Source: Octopus vulgaris
Taxonomy: Eukaryota
Direction of reading: 5' to 3'
NCBI GenBank assembly: GCA_951406725.2
Contig: OX597838.1
Coordinates: 6,076,001-6,140,000, forward strand
DNA length: 64,000 nucleotides
In this document: in pieces, positions 12,240 to 25,475 of the stretch
Layout: each line of letters opens with the position of its first letter
Position numbering within the stretch: the first letter of the stretch is position 1
Translations under genes and position numbers: made by a program
The notes under the pieces: generated by a model
What the model was told of the DNA's origin: nothing
Seen by the model: only the letters and a program-made list of their open reading frames with translations
Database searches by the model: none

Positions 12240-12363
12240 TTTTCATCTTTAAAACGTGAATTAATACTCCATAGCAGAAATAAACGTGAGTTGCTCATGA
12301 CTGAAATAACATTGATCAACTGGCTGCTTAATCAGATTTAACCCGGGGCTACATCAAATCAAC
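12240..12363 (+). mobile_element. Family E SINE-like tail (tgatca...ctgcttaatcag...acccggggcta)
   Basis: Similar tail on the minus strand at 63869-63920. Confidence 0.45.
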
Positions 12364-14577
12364 GAGAAGATAAACAAGAACAAATAGGTGTATCAATCCA
12401 GGAAGCTGCTAAAAAGTCAAGAAAGTAAATAGATTAGCTGTGTACCGTATTAAATAACAAAAATCAAAATTTAATATAATCTTTGATGCACCTTTAAAAA
12501 TCCAGAAATTATACAGCTGTACTACGTTTGATCAGAGACCTGCAAATTTAAGCTTGACTTGAAGGTAAACAACAATATCAACCAATGCTAAACATTGGAA
12601 TAATTCCACTTTACAATTTAACAACTCATCGAATATTCAAGGTATATTAACCAACTAATATAATCAAACATAATGAAATGTAAACTTGAGACGAAACTAG
12701 ATTAAGAATTTCTGAAATTCAATCGGTTGAACGTAATCCAATCTATATAAGTCGTAACCGCGTTTAGTTGAACTTTTCTCTTGATGGAACAACATATCAG
12801 CATCGAAGAGATATAAAATCTGTAGAGAAGGAAATAGAGAGGATTGAAAACGAACAGACAGAAATGACAATGGAAGTTAGTACGAAAGAGAAAATTAGTC
12901 TACTTCACTAATATATACATTACTGTATATATTTATATATATATACATATGCACAAACGCACATTTAAATATTCATACATATACACACACATGTTTACAT
13001 ATATAGTGAGAGAGAATCGTTTGTGAAAAATGTGTGTATATAAAATGGTACATATGTTTATGTACATAAAAGATTATGTATGTATGTGTATATGTATGTA
13101 TAATCAGTGAGTTGTGAAATTAAGTACAAGATTTTTTTTAACTTGAAGGGCTGTCTATCTTTAACATCACAAAATAGACTTTCAAATGTAATTTCCTTCG
13201 TGTGTGCGTGTATGTATTTGTCAGATTTATCTCTCTATATAGATATACATAAATGCGTCAACATATATAAATACACGCATACACTTACATCCATCATGTA
13301 ATATCTTCATCTTTTTCTTCATTATTTTTTTTGATGAGAGGATTAATTATTATTTTATTTGTTTTTGGTTCATCGTTCATTTTCGTACAAAATCGATAAA
13401 TGGTTCAAGATATTTGGCTTAGAATATATTCCGAGAAGCTTAACTTCGATTTAAATAGATTAAAGACATTTTTTTTTCTTTCTTTCAAAGAGAAGGATGA
13501 AGATAAAGAGTAGGTGAGTTGATTCATTAAAAGAATACAAAAGCAATGAATAAATAAATAGATAAAAATCCATTCTAATCAGTTCAGACGGGACATCATT
13601 GAAAGAGTGGAAGCTTTTTTTTTTGTTGTATTTTATTTTATTTTATTTTTATTTTCAAAGGAAAAACAAGTAAAGAAAACAATACGAGAGAAAAAAATTT
13701 AAAACACCCGAACATTTTTGGCTTTAAACCAGAAGTTGCATTAAAAACCAATAGAATTCGTTATAAAGTAAACCTTAATAACAGGAAGAGGGAGAGAGAG
13801 AGAGATAGAAAGGGAGAGACAGAGAGACTGAGAGAGAGACTGAATGAGAGAGACGAAAATAACAAAGAGTTTCTGTCTTTAAACATGTTCTCAGACGGCT
13901 TCGAAATTGCGTTTTAATGTTTAGATTTTTTAAAAGGGCACGTTAGACTCTGGAATCAATGTGTGTCTTTTGTTAAAGAGAACAGGAACTGGCAGCTATC
14001 AGAGTAATTGTTGGTTTCTCAAAGAAGAACAGGAAAAGACTGATACTTGAAAATTGATTTGTAATGTTATTTATCAAAGGTTATATCGTATTAAAAATCG
14101 TGCCCCCCCCCTTTCACATCTTGCTCTACTGCAACTGAAATTAACTGGAACGATTTCAGCAATTCGTGAAGTTGTTATTTATATCGTTTACAAGGCAATA
14201 GAATATGGAAATATAAAAGATATTGACCTAAAATAAATATTAGCATTATATCTGAGCTGGCCAAAAGAAAGAAATACTAATCTGTATTATAACATGGTAT
14301 TCATTTTCGAGACTATTTTCCTAAGCATCCCCATGCAGCACGGCCACAGATGGTCAGACTTAGATTAATGCAGATACAGTAAGAGCACCGTGCGTACATA
14401 CATATATACATACCTGTAATCAGTCATATGTACTTGCACGTTACCTCACAATCTACCCCTCTGTTCCCAGGATTTTGTCGCTTTCTTCGCTATTTGCAAG
14501 TATTTCCGTATATGCATATCTATAGTGATATCTATCTATCTAAGTTTGTCTATCTATCAATCACATTAGCTATCTAT

Positions 14578-14578
14578 G

Positions 14579-14616
<38 letters not shown>

Positions 14617-14718
14617 GCTATCTATCTATCTGCCTATCTATCTGCCTGCCTATTTGTTTGTCCGCCTGCCTGTCTGACTGTCTCTCTGTCCGCCTGTCTA
14701 TCTATCTATCTATCTATC
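14578..14718. repeat. (TATC)n/(TGCC)n tetranucleotide microsatellite
   Basis: Direct inspection. Confidence 0.92.
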
Positions 14719-15360
14719 CATAGCAGGTTGAAAAGTAACACACTTGTTGATATATATGAGGAAAATATGACAAGGTAGAAAATGCTAGACTAATTTTATC
14801 ATGAAATAGTTTTGTAATGGTTAGCATCGGTGTCAGTATTTTCGAATTTTTCAGCTAAGAGTAAAACAAAGGTGGATATTAATTAAGAAGAAAAACAATT
14901 AAATATAAGAAAGAAAATTAAATGAAATGTTTTGTAAATATATCCCTAATCTTCAAATAGGTAGGATGTTTTCTTTTTTTTTTCGTTCTGTCTGTTTGTC
15001 TCTCTTTACTTTTGTCTCTCTTTACTTTTGGCTCAGAAGGGATCTCAAAGAAAAAATGCTAATTAGTGCAGAGAAATTTTTGTTTTCAAAGTTTAATGGT
15101 TTTAGCAGCAACAGGCGAGGAAAAGATAGTGCGAACAAAGAAGGGGGGAGGAGAAGAAGAGGAAGTACGGGAGATACAGAAGAGGAAGCAGAACAAAAAG
15201 CAAAAGCTGGGAGTGGTATGATTCAGTAGAAGAGGCAGGCTGTGGAATCTACTTTAATGATCAAGTAATAAAAATTGATCTGTTGTGGTTAAAATATTAA
15301 TGGTAGGAAATGTTCTAAAATATATGTCTTATTAAATTTATGGGTAGAGATTGTAGCCCG

Positions 15361-15415
<55 letters not shown>

Positions 15416-15717
15416 CAGGGGCATTATTACATATAAAGGCCACACGTTAGGAGGGACTCTTAAAGTAAAAACTACTAAAATAAATAAACATATCGTACCG
15501 AAACCAACTTTCGAAGCGAGTCATTTAAAAACAGAATTCAGCTGCATATCACACTGTGATTTTGTAATCAGTGCAGTGGTATGCACTCTTTACTACTCAG
15601 TGCAAGCATAATTCACGATTTAGAATGAATGAACAAAGACAACATACCAGGCGAACAACCATCGAATCCTTGTAGTGGTGTCATCTGAGATGGAAGTATT
15701 CAAAAAAGGATTATACA

Positions 15718-15749
<32 letters not shown>

Positions 15750-15836
15750 AATTTGTTATCGGTCTCACCGAAGAACCGTGAAGCCGTCCCTCATAATGGG
15801 AATGCACTAGCATGACAGACCTTCATGCGTAATCAG

Positions 15837-15887
<51 letters not shown>

Positions 15888-15890
<3 letters not shown>

Positions 15891-16020
15891 GATTTCAGGA
15901 GGACGATTCGGATCTCTTGGATGAGAAAGGCGTGATCCAGAGAGGAGTGGACAGCGTGCTGTGACCAGCGGTGTCAAATGGACGCCCTACGGACAGGTCG
16001 GTCAAGGTGATCAAGGTGAT
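15888..16020 (+). mobile_element. 3' end of an RTE-type LINE (5'-truncated), inserted in (TA)n
   Basis: Reads EDFRRTIRISWMRKA*SREEWTACCDQR, matching the RTE C-terminal W..A..R..W pattern; tandem tail tcaaggtga x2. Confidence 0.6.
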
Positions 16021-16536
16021 TAAGATTTATATATATAGCAGGAAGCCAGAGTGGGAAAATGAATTAAGAGAAGCGGTGAGGAAGAGAATGTTGAACATAA
16101 TATATTAAGTATGAAACCACACAGTAATTGAATGGGTTTGATTGACACCTCTTCAGGGTTTTCGAAGAGTCAGTGCCGGGAAAATACTATTGGTTCCCTT
16201 TACGATGGAGATTCGTTCAAATTTTCGGAGATGCAGAGAATTTACTGACTGGAGTGAAGGAGAGAAATTGACGTATTTTATTTATAGGTAGTGTAATTAA
16301 ATATATATTCGCGTAGAGAATTGCATCGACATAACCACTTGCATATGTATAGGATATACACTACCGAATGCATATAAACATATGCACAGGGTATATATAT
16401 GTATATAAGTGTATACACATATGTGTTTGTGTGTGGGGGTTCATATACATGCATTTAAATCTATATATGTATATATATATATATATATTTACATACATCA
16501 TATATATATATGTGTGTGTGTATAAATATATTCATA

Positions 16537-16577
<41 letters not shown>

Positions 16578-17053
16578 GTTGTGTCTATCGTTAAATGGTT
16601 TTATATATATATATATATAATATCTATATAATGTAAGGGTATGATATATCCATATAAAGAATGTTATGTGTGTGTCTGTGTGAGTGAGTGTTTGGTGAGA
16701 GATAGATATAGATAGATAGCTAGATATGAATTTATTAATGCATTCTGCTCCCTATATATTAAAAACAATATATTATATTTAATAAGTATGATATACGAGT
16801 TGATATTTGCAAAACTCTATAGTTTTCAATATAATTTCCTTACGTTTCTCTCTGTGGTTTCATAAAATTCTGCTGACGGTTTTGTGTAGAAGCCAGCAAC
16901 TTGTGAAACAGATTGGCAAAAAGATGAAAGCACTTAAGATCAATTATAACGGAATAAGAACAATAGGAATCGATAATAGTCAGAACTATCAATCATCCGG
17001 CACATACATATACATTAGGCTGTAGCAAGACATTATAATTACTTGTATATATA

Positions 17054-17103
<50 letters not shown>

Positions 17104-17283
17104 GAAATAGAGAGAGGTGTGAATGTGTGTGCATGCGTGGTCATGTATATATGATTTGCATCTATATACACATACTCGCCTGTGCGAGAGCGCCGATAGA
17201 AATATACATACATATATGCATATATATAATTTCTATGTTTTGAACATATGGGGGCGCGTGTGTAAACGTAGAAGCATACATAC

Positions 17284-17322
<39 letters not shown>

Positions 17323-17719
17323 TACACACACACATATATATATATAAACATGGACACAAATACTCTGTGTGTCTTTCAGGTTTGCGCCTACGTGACAGGC
17401 CCTCAATTTTCTCATATTAATTTCTACTTATTATTTCTTCGGAAATAATCCAAGTACTATCTCTTTTCGTTTTTGTTTATATATATATATATGTATAATG
17501 TGTGTGTGTATTGTTTCGTTTTATTTTCTCTTTTTTTAGCCTTTTTTTTACAAAAACCTATTCGCACGAATAATTAGAGGCTGATAGACATATGTGTATG
17601 ATTGGTGATATTAAGAACAATACAATCAACACAAGTTACAACAATATAAATTAATGCAACAAAAAAGACAGCGCTAACGACTTCAGTGCTGCAACCATGA
17701 TTCCGAATATTCTAATAGC

Positions 17720-17790
17720 TAATAATAATAATACTAATGATAATAATGATAATAATAATAATAATAATTATAATAATAATAATGATAATA
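17720..17790. repeat. (AAT)n microsatellite (tail of the adjacent minus-strand SINE B)
   Basis: Direct inspection. Confidence 0.9.
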
Positions 17791-17977
17791 CTTTATACTC
17801 GAAGGACTAGGCCTCAAATCTGGGGGAAGATATTAAGTCGATTACATCGAGCCTAGTGCGTAACTGATATTAAATTTATCGACCCCGGCGGCATTTGAAC
17901 AGAGAACGTGAAAACAGACCAAATAACGCTAAGCATTTCGTCCGGCTTGCTAACGATTCTGCCAGTTCCTCGCCGCT
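17790..17977 (-). mobile_element. SINE family B with internal deletion
   Basis: Reverse complement reads gcggcgaggaactggcagaatcgttagc...gttcaaatgccgccggggtcgataaa; the gtcgactttgcctttcatcc segment is missing. Confidence 0.85.
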
Positions 17978-17994
17978 TTAATAATTATAGTGTC

Positions 17995-18160
17995 TAAAAT
18001 AGGCACAAGGCCTGTATTTTGTGGAGAGGCGGATACTCAATCTCATCGACCCCAGTGTGTGACTGCTACTTATTTCATCGACACCGAAAGGACGGAAGGC
18101 GAATTCGATTTCGGCGAAATTTGAAACTCAGAACGTAAAACGGATTAGATGCCGGAAGAA
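17995..18160 (-). mobile_element. SINE family B, head-to-tail with the previous copy
   Basis: ggcacaaggcc, tcgaccccagtg, cgaaaggacggaaggcgaattcgatttcggcg, actcagaacgtaa. Confidence 0.8.
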
Positions 18161-18543
18161 ATTAAAGAAACTAATTCCTGATTGTGCTGCGAACCTACCT
18201 CATTATTGTTAGATTAAGGAACTTTTATCAGGACAGATTTCGTCAGGTCGTACTTATTCACATTACACATAACTTGCTGGAAGACAAAGCTACCATTTTC
18301 TAATCATCCTTTCTTCTTCATGTGTTTCTTCATCATATACTCGCTTAAGTCTTACTGTGACAACACTTGAAACGAAGAGTAATGCAAATCAACGCCAGTA
18401 CTCATTCTATCAGCTTTGTGATTAACGATCAGATACCCGGTACAGAGCTAGCCAAATTCGTTTCCCAAAGCTAATGAAGATAACCACACACAGTCACTCA
18501 CACATACACACACAAGACCTCAACACAAACGCACACACAAACG

Positions 18544-18577
<34 letters not shown>

Positions 18578-18679
18578 ACTTGAGCAAAAATTTAGATTCA
18601 GATGAACATGGTACTTACGTTGAGGCACTAGAATTCAGTACGGTATTATCCAAACGATTTCAACATAAGGTGATTATGA

Positions 18680-19433
18680 TAAAATAAGCAACAAGGATAT
18701 CCATGCCTTACACATTGGGCATGAGCTGATCAAAACAGATAATCTTTGAAATAGTTTTATTTTGAGAAAGTATGTTAATGAACTATGAATGGAAACGAGA
18801 CTTTCTTTTAAAAACACCATCACACATCGTCTGTGCTTTTCCAGCGAGAACTTTGAAATGTGATGATTTGTTTTGTATTTAATCGCAATGGGAGAAATAT
18901 GAGATGTAATTACAGCTCTAAGGTCTTTCACGACATTGTTTGACAACGAAAGAATAAATTATTTCGCAAAATGCAGCAGAACATCATGACCAGAAATATC
19001 TTCCATAACTAATAATGAATTAAAATATGAAAAAAACCTAATTGTCCAAGATTTGCATGAGGGCGAAACCGTGTCTATGATTGTAGACACTATTTTACTT
19101 CCCATTAAAAGGGGAGAAGTTTCAAGACATTTATCAACTATTATATTAAAATATGTGACAAGGAACTTCTTCGAATCATCCGTAATCATAGAATCGCCCT
19201 AAAGTCTCATTCTTAAATTGGATTCTTCGTGTCTTTTGCGATATAATAAAGTATGTATTCTAGTAGCTGAATACAAACCTGATTGAAGAGACGGCATTAA
19301 GAGGCTTCTCTGCAGATCAGGAACATCTCAACAATTCCCATTTAACGCAGTACAAAAGACGATTTGAATTGAGAGCCAATTCCGTAAGCAAGCATGTTTT
19401 GTCATGACTATCAACAATTTCTCGTCGCAAACA
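18680..19433 (+). pseudogene. Decayed Helitron PIF1-like helicase coding relic
   Basis: Ordered motifs ADQNR*SLK (ADEINACLK), DTILLPIKRGEV (RAILAPxNxxV), P*SLILKLDSSCLLR (PHxLxLKVGxPIMLLR), and QFRKQACFVMTINNFSSQT at ~19377-19433 (QFPVxLxFAMTINKSQGQT). Confidence 0.75.
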
Positions 19434-20783
19434 AGGAAAACAAAACACCCTTTACCAAGAAGCTTTACGATAATGTGAACAAATGGATTTTTGACGTTAA
19501 TTCTAAACAAGTTTAAATCCCTGAGCCTTTCGACAGTATAAGGCCGGTTATATCGACAGGCGATTATATAAGTATGATTAGGACATAGACAAATAAAAAT
19601 ACGGAATAGCAATAATAGTTATCACCGTAAATCTTTACTACACTAACAATGTCAATACCATCTACAGTAACATTACTACTACTAGTAGTAACGATAATAA
19701 TAATAATCATGATAATTGTTCCTTTTATTTTTTTGGTAATAATAAGAAGCGCAACAATAGCTACCATTCATTAATGATGATTTGAAGGAAATTTGAGACC
19801 ATCTTCATTTGAATGGAAACAGTTTTGTCTAAAGGATGAGGCGATTGTGATTATAACAATATAATATTTATGTATTGTGAACCAATTTTGAAATTTCCCA
19901 TTTCGTTCTTAATAAGTAGATATTTTTCTCCTTTTCAATGCTCTGTGTTTTTTGGCGTTTATTTTTAATGTTTTCCGTGTTCCTAATGAATAGTTTTGAG
20001 GACTTCATCTACTTGTAGAAATTCGTTTTGAATGAATGCTTATTATTTTTATTATTAATTTTACTTTCACTTTTGTCTTCGCTCCCTATTATTAATTGTT
20101 TCGGGAAATATTTATATTATTTCAATCTTTTCAGGCTTATCGTGTCAGTAGTTTATTTTTGTATTCACTGCTATAAATTCAACTCTTTCATCTCTTCTGA
20201 TTTTATTCATTTATTTTATAGCTTCGTTTGTTTGTTTCTCTAATTTTCGTTCTTTATGAATTAATACGCCATCTTGTTTGTTGTTTTCTTTTGTGTTTTG
20301 CGTCGATTTGATTTTCATTTATTGTCCCTGATGACAACGAAAACAATGTCATTTATCGTTGTAAAAATGAAAATAAAAAAATATAAAGGTCTTCATGCAT
20401 TGTCACAAAACCCATTATTCTCCTTCGTTATTTTGTGTCGGAATATCTTAAAAGTTTATAACCATCCGGTTATTCCAGAGAGAGTAAAGTCCTCAGTCAC
20501 CTCTTCAATACAACCCTTCATAAAGCACATAAGCAATCGCCAGTAGACTTTCTGGCTAGCTTCCCAAACCAATCAGGATTAAGTAGCTGTGTGTTTTATC
20601 CAACTAGCTCTGTTATTACTCTAGGAAGATGTTGCCTGCTGGTTGTTTCCGGTTTTAGAAGGCGCTTTCTGATACTTTCCCGCAGCATTGCTTATACATA
20701 TATAGTCAGTACAGATATAGGGTGAAATATAATTAATTTAATAAAATCAACAAATTTCACCTAGTAGTATTTCGGTATGGTCC

Positions 20784-20814
<31 letters not shown>

Positions 20815-20817
<3 letters not shown>

Positions 20818-21205
20818 TTATATATAAAAGAAAGGTTGTGTGTCTGTCTACTCCGATTTAGATTCCTAACTACTCCCACATTTTGCGGTGCAGTTTAACC
20901 AAAACCGGCTATCTTATAGTCGTGATTCATATCGAGCCCTTCTGGGTATTAGCGCGCGTCTACGATGAGACTTAGATTTTTAAAATAATTTACCATAATT
21001 TTTTTTCCATTTTAATGCATATTTTTTTAATGTAAGGGAAGTAACTCTCTAAAAATGTCTACGATGAGTCAATGATTTTAAAAAAATTACCACATTTTTT
21101 TTCCATTATTAATGCATTCTTTGCTATTTTTGGCTATAACTCTCTAAAAATGCTTAAATAGTTATTTCCCTTACAAAACCGAGCAACGCCGGGCGATACT
21201 GCCAG
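20815..21205 (+). mobile_element. Non-autonomous Helitron (~390 bp)
   Basis: 5' TCTTTATATATAAAA at the end of a (TA)n tract; subterminal hairpin ccgagcaacgccggg; CCAG end (decayed CTAG); internal duplication of gtctacgatgag...aatgcat and taactctctaaaaatg. Confidence 0.8.
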
Positions 21206-21734
21206 AATAAATATATATATTACAAATGATATACTTTTTGTTTATTATTTTGTACATTACTTAATCATTGGCATATGTTTTTATCTTGTATTTATTTTAT
21301 TTCTATATGGTAGAGTTTTAATTATTTCATTGCTGAATTGATAAAAGGGTTGTTTTTTTTCTAGTTTTTATACATATATTTTGTGAAATTTGATTTAGTA
21401 TTTCTAAATTGATTTTTTTCCATATAAGTTTGGAATAATATTCCCTAATATATATATATATATATATAAATATATACATATATAGATTCAGCGAGAGGGA
21501 GACATACGAGGGGTGTCATTTGTTGCAGGATGCCGATAATTCAGTCACAAATGGTTTGTATTGTTTATGACAGCAAGTGTAACCAGGGTTTGTAACTTAA
21601 TGCGAATTCTTAAAAAGAAATTTTCTTCGTTTTCTTTTTCTGTCACTCTTTGAGCAATGTAATGATCTGAAATAAAGATTCATATACACTTAAAAATATG
21701 ATCGGCTATATATATAGAAATCTATCTTTCTCTC

Positions 21735-21764
21735 TATCTATCTATCGATATATATATATAGAAA

Positions 21765-21827
<63 letters not shown>

Positions 21828-21836
21828 CTCTCTCCT

Positions 21837-21912
<76 letters not shown>
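21735..21912. repeat. Duplicated (TA)n-gaaa-(TC)n blocks ending in a (TC)n(TA)n(GA)n palindrome
   Basis: Direct inspection. Confidence 0.9.
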
Positions 21913-21992
21913 TATAATGTGATGGATTTATCACAGCTTCCAACTTCAACGTCGTAGTGAAGAGAACTACATTATTTCACCACCCTATCCGC

Positions 21993-22038
<46 letters not shown>

Positions 22039-24353
22039 AAGCAATGCATTAATTAATTGAGTAACATCAAGCTTCGACATTTTTTCTCATCCGGTACCTA
22101 TTACTGTAAGCAGCCATATCTTACAATATTACGCTATCGATTAGAAAATATAATGACAGAAAACGCAGATGGCTGCATCAAAGCTGTAACACAAAACCAA
22201 TGGATTCATTGCTAGTTGCTATCCTTTCAACAGCTTTTAATGATCGTATGATAAATTTATATGCCGAGATGGTAGCTGACAACGGATTGATGTGTTCTGC
22301 ACATCACTGTTACTATGATATTTGCAACTGTATACAATACAAAGAGGTACTGAATAGACAAATCAGTAGATTTTCTGAAAGTATATCTTCCAGTATTTAC
22401 TTTTGCCCCCTTTTTTTTACGTTCCCGAGTTGAAATTACTCAGATTAGATTTTGCTTTTATTTTCCTTCTTAGATGCATAAAATAACTACTATCTTTGCT
22501 TTCATAAACTAATCTCTTTTTAACTCATATTGCGTCTATTCTGCATGCATATCAATGGTGGGGAAATCGCCTCATCCGGTGATATGACTGATATAGATTC
22601 ATGGAAACGAAAATGGTGAATGATATTGAGACAAGATTACTTTTGTTAAGCCCTATTATAAAGGAATTATTGGAAATGGTCTTGCTGGTGCCAGATCAAA
22701 ATTAGAATCAACAAGGAGACAAAGATGGTAACGTGGTATTGATCAAATTAGCGAACTGTATTTATATCCACCATCTTCATACGTCTGTCTGTATTTCTAC
22801 TGGAGCTTGAAAACAAAATTTGATTGAATAAGTTACTAATGATCGATTATATCAGCCCCAGTGGAAATACGTTTTGTATTGATACATATATATGTTGATT
22901 TTTTTAATCTCATGTCTTACCATTACCTATGATCAATAATTTGTTTCTCTAATAGCAAAAAGGTAACACGTAGGTGAGGGATGCAATGTAAGTACATCTT
23001 ACAGAATCAAATGATATCCTCCGAAAAATAAATACATTTCATGTGAATCAAATCGCCCCATCTGAAGGATATAACCTCGCCTGAAAAATTCGTATATTGT
23101 TCATAGGCGAGAGATTATGGCACGTTGTTTTTCTCGAAAATGGCTGACCTGGGCATACAACAGTAAAATGAATATTGTGGCAATGAGTGAGAAATCAAAT
23201 TGCTTTAAATGCCATGCTTACATAGTGATACAAGAATTCTGCAAGTTGAAACAATATGCAATACTTTGAGTAACATATTGACAGCATGAAATTATATAAC
23301 GATATAGGTGGTCTTCAAGAATTTATTCCTGCAGAAATTCCTGGGATTGAGAGATGTTTAATCCAAATCAGTAAAAGGAATGTATTCCCTTATATTGAAC
23401 TGCGATCTATCGAAAACAGCTTAAACTGTATGGCAGACAAGCAACTGAACACTCTGGTGGATGAATTGCAGCTAAATGAGTCGAGTTGAAAATTCAACTC
23501 AGTCTAAAATGAGGAAATCACTGTATGAGGTGCAATACTTGTATAGCAGAAGTAGCTTCATTTATTGTAAAGAACAGAAATCTAATTATTCGAGTACCAA
23601 ATTTAGGCGTCTCAAAAATAGAGTTGAAATACTTCCTTATGATGATCGCTAATAAATTCTGTCCCAAAAGAAGCGATCATAGATATTCTTGACCAGAACG
23701 CAGAGGATCTTAAATAGAGAAAACGAAAAGATATTTAAAAAAAGCTATTCTGAAAATGTAGATTCTCTGTGGAGATTGACAGAAAAATAACTAACGTATC
23801 CAGCATATCAATTATTTGTGAAGTAATTCTGCGAAAGTAATATTCTACTGAAATATGAAACATAGACAAAAAAAGAAATATGATGTTCATATATATATTT
23901 AACGATTTATTTTTATTTCAACACTGTGTGGTGTCTTACGTAATTAATTCTGCTTACTTGTTGGCAAGACAATGCTTGTAAGTCAACCGTCAGTTATGCA
24001 TAATGTAAAACGTTGAAGAAAGACGGAGCGGAAGAAGCGGGAGAGAAATGTTGAGACAGATTGAGTGATACAGAGAGAAAGAACAAAGTGAACAATGACA
24101 GAAAGAGGATATATGTGCATGTGTGGTGCATACGGTAGAGTGAGAGAGACACAGAAAGTGAGAGAAAGAAAGAGACAGACGGCTTCAGCCTGTAAGAAAG
24201 AGAGAATGTCACTGAATCTTTCTCGAAATAAAACTAAAAATCTAGATTCTTCATGTTTCGTATCCAAATACGCAAACAAGAAATTCCCCACCTTAACACC
24301 TTTACGATTCTTAATATAAGAACGCAATATGTATGCATAAATGCACGTCTATG

Positions 24354-24388
<35 letters not shown>

Positions 24389-24535
24389 AATGTGTGCGTG
24401 AATAAATATATACAGACGTTTGCGTGTAGGCGTAGCGAAACCAAAACTGAATGAAACGGAATATATAACTAAAATTTCGTGACAATTCCATAACGTAAGT
24501 ATCTGCATATTTGAAAAATGTGTCAATAGATATCA

Positions 24536-24593
<58 letters not shown>

Positions 24594-25129
24594 GTGTGTG
24601 TCCGTATGTATGTATGTATGTGTGTACATATGCATATGTGTCTGTGTGTGTGGGTGTATTTGTTTTATATATATAAATAATGGATGCAGACATAAATATG
24701 CAAATCGTATTTACTCTGCTATGTCTAACGTAATTCTCATGAAGCCATTATGGTGAAGAGAAACTCCGCAAGATCAACACGTCAAAATACTAAAACTATG
24801 CAACGCAAATACCGATGTCACGGAATTCGTGGTTATCTATAATAAACACTTGATTATTTAAGATATTACATATTAGAATAAGGCTTATGTGTAATAATGA
24901 GATCAACTTTTAAATATATTAAATCATATCTGTATTCATTAGTGAATATTATGTTTGATATCGCTGCGATGTCAACGTTTACTTGTGGAGTACGAGCTTT
25001 AATACGAATATCTATTGTTTGTGAATTTCGATCCCTTGAACAAAATAGTCACTTTACGTCGGATTCTTGCCCATGCTCTCTTCTCATCACTCGTTCTCCT
25101 CCCTTCTCTCTCTCTCACACACACATATA

Positions 25130-25134
25130 TAGTG

Positions 25135-25166
<32 letters not shown>

Positions 25167-25240
25167 ATTTGTGCATGCATGTGTATTTATACGCGAATAT
25201 ATATGAATACTGACGATTCTCTCTTCCAAACTCGATTTGC

Positions 25241-25271
<31 letters not shown>

Positions 25272-25329
25272 ATGTCTGTGTGTGTGTCTGTGTGTGTATG
25301 TGGGTGTGTATATGTATGTGTGTATGTGC

Positions 25330-25371
<42 letters not shown>

Positions 25372-25475
25372 ATATATATAATGTCTGTGCATACGAATAC
25401 GTATATGTATGTATATATGTATGTTTATATACTCACACACATATGTATATATACACTGAGAGAGAGAGAGAGAAG
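25130..25475. repeat. Compound (TG)n/(TA)n/(GA)n microsatellite cluster
   Basis: Direct inspection. Confidence 0.9.

Noticed and set aside
20322-20356. CTGATGA...GAAA hammerhead-like words
   Set aside because: No stem II or stem I pairing; CTGATGA at ~29997, ~60605 and ~62799 likewise lacks the fold
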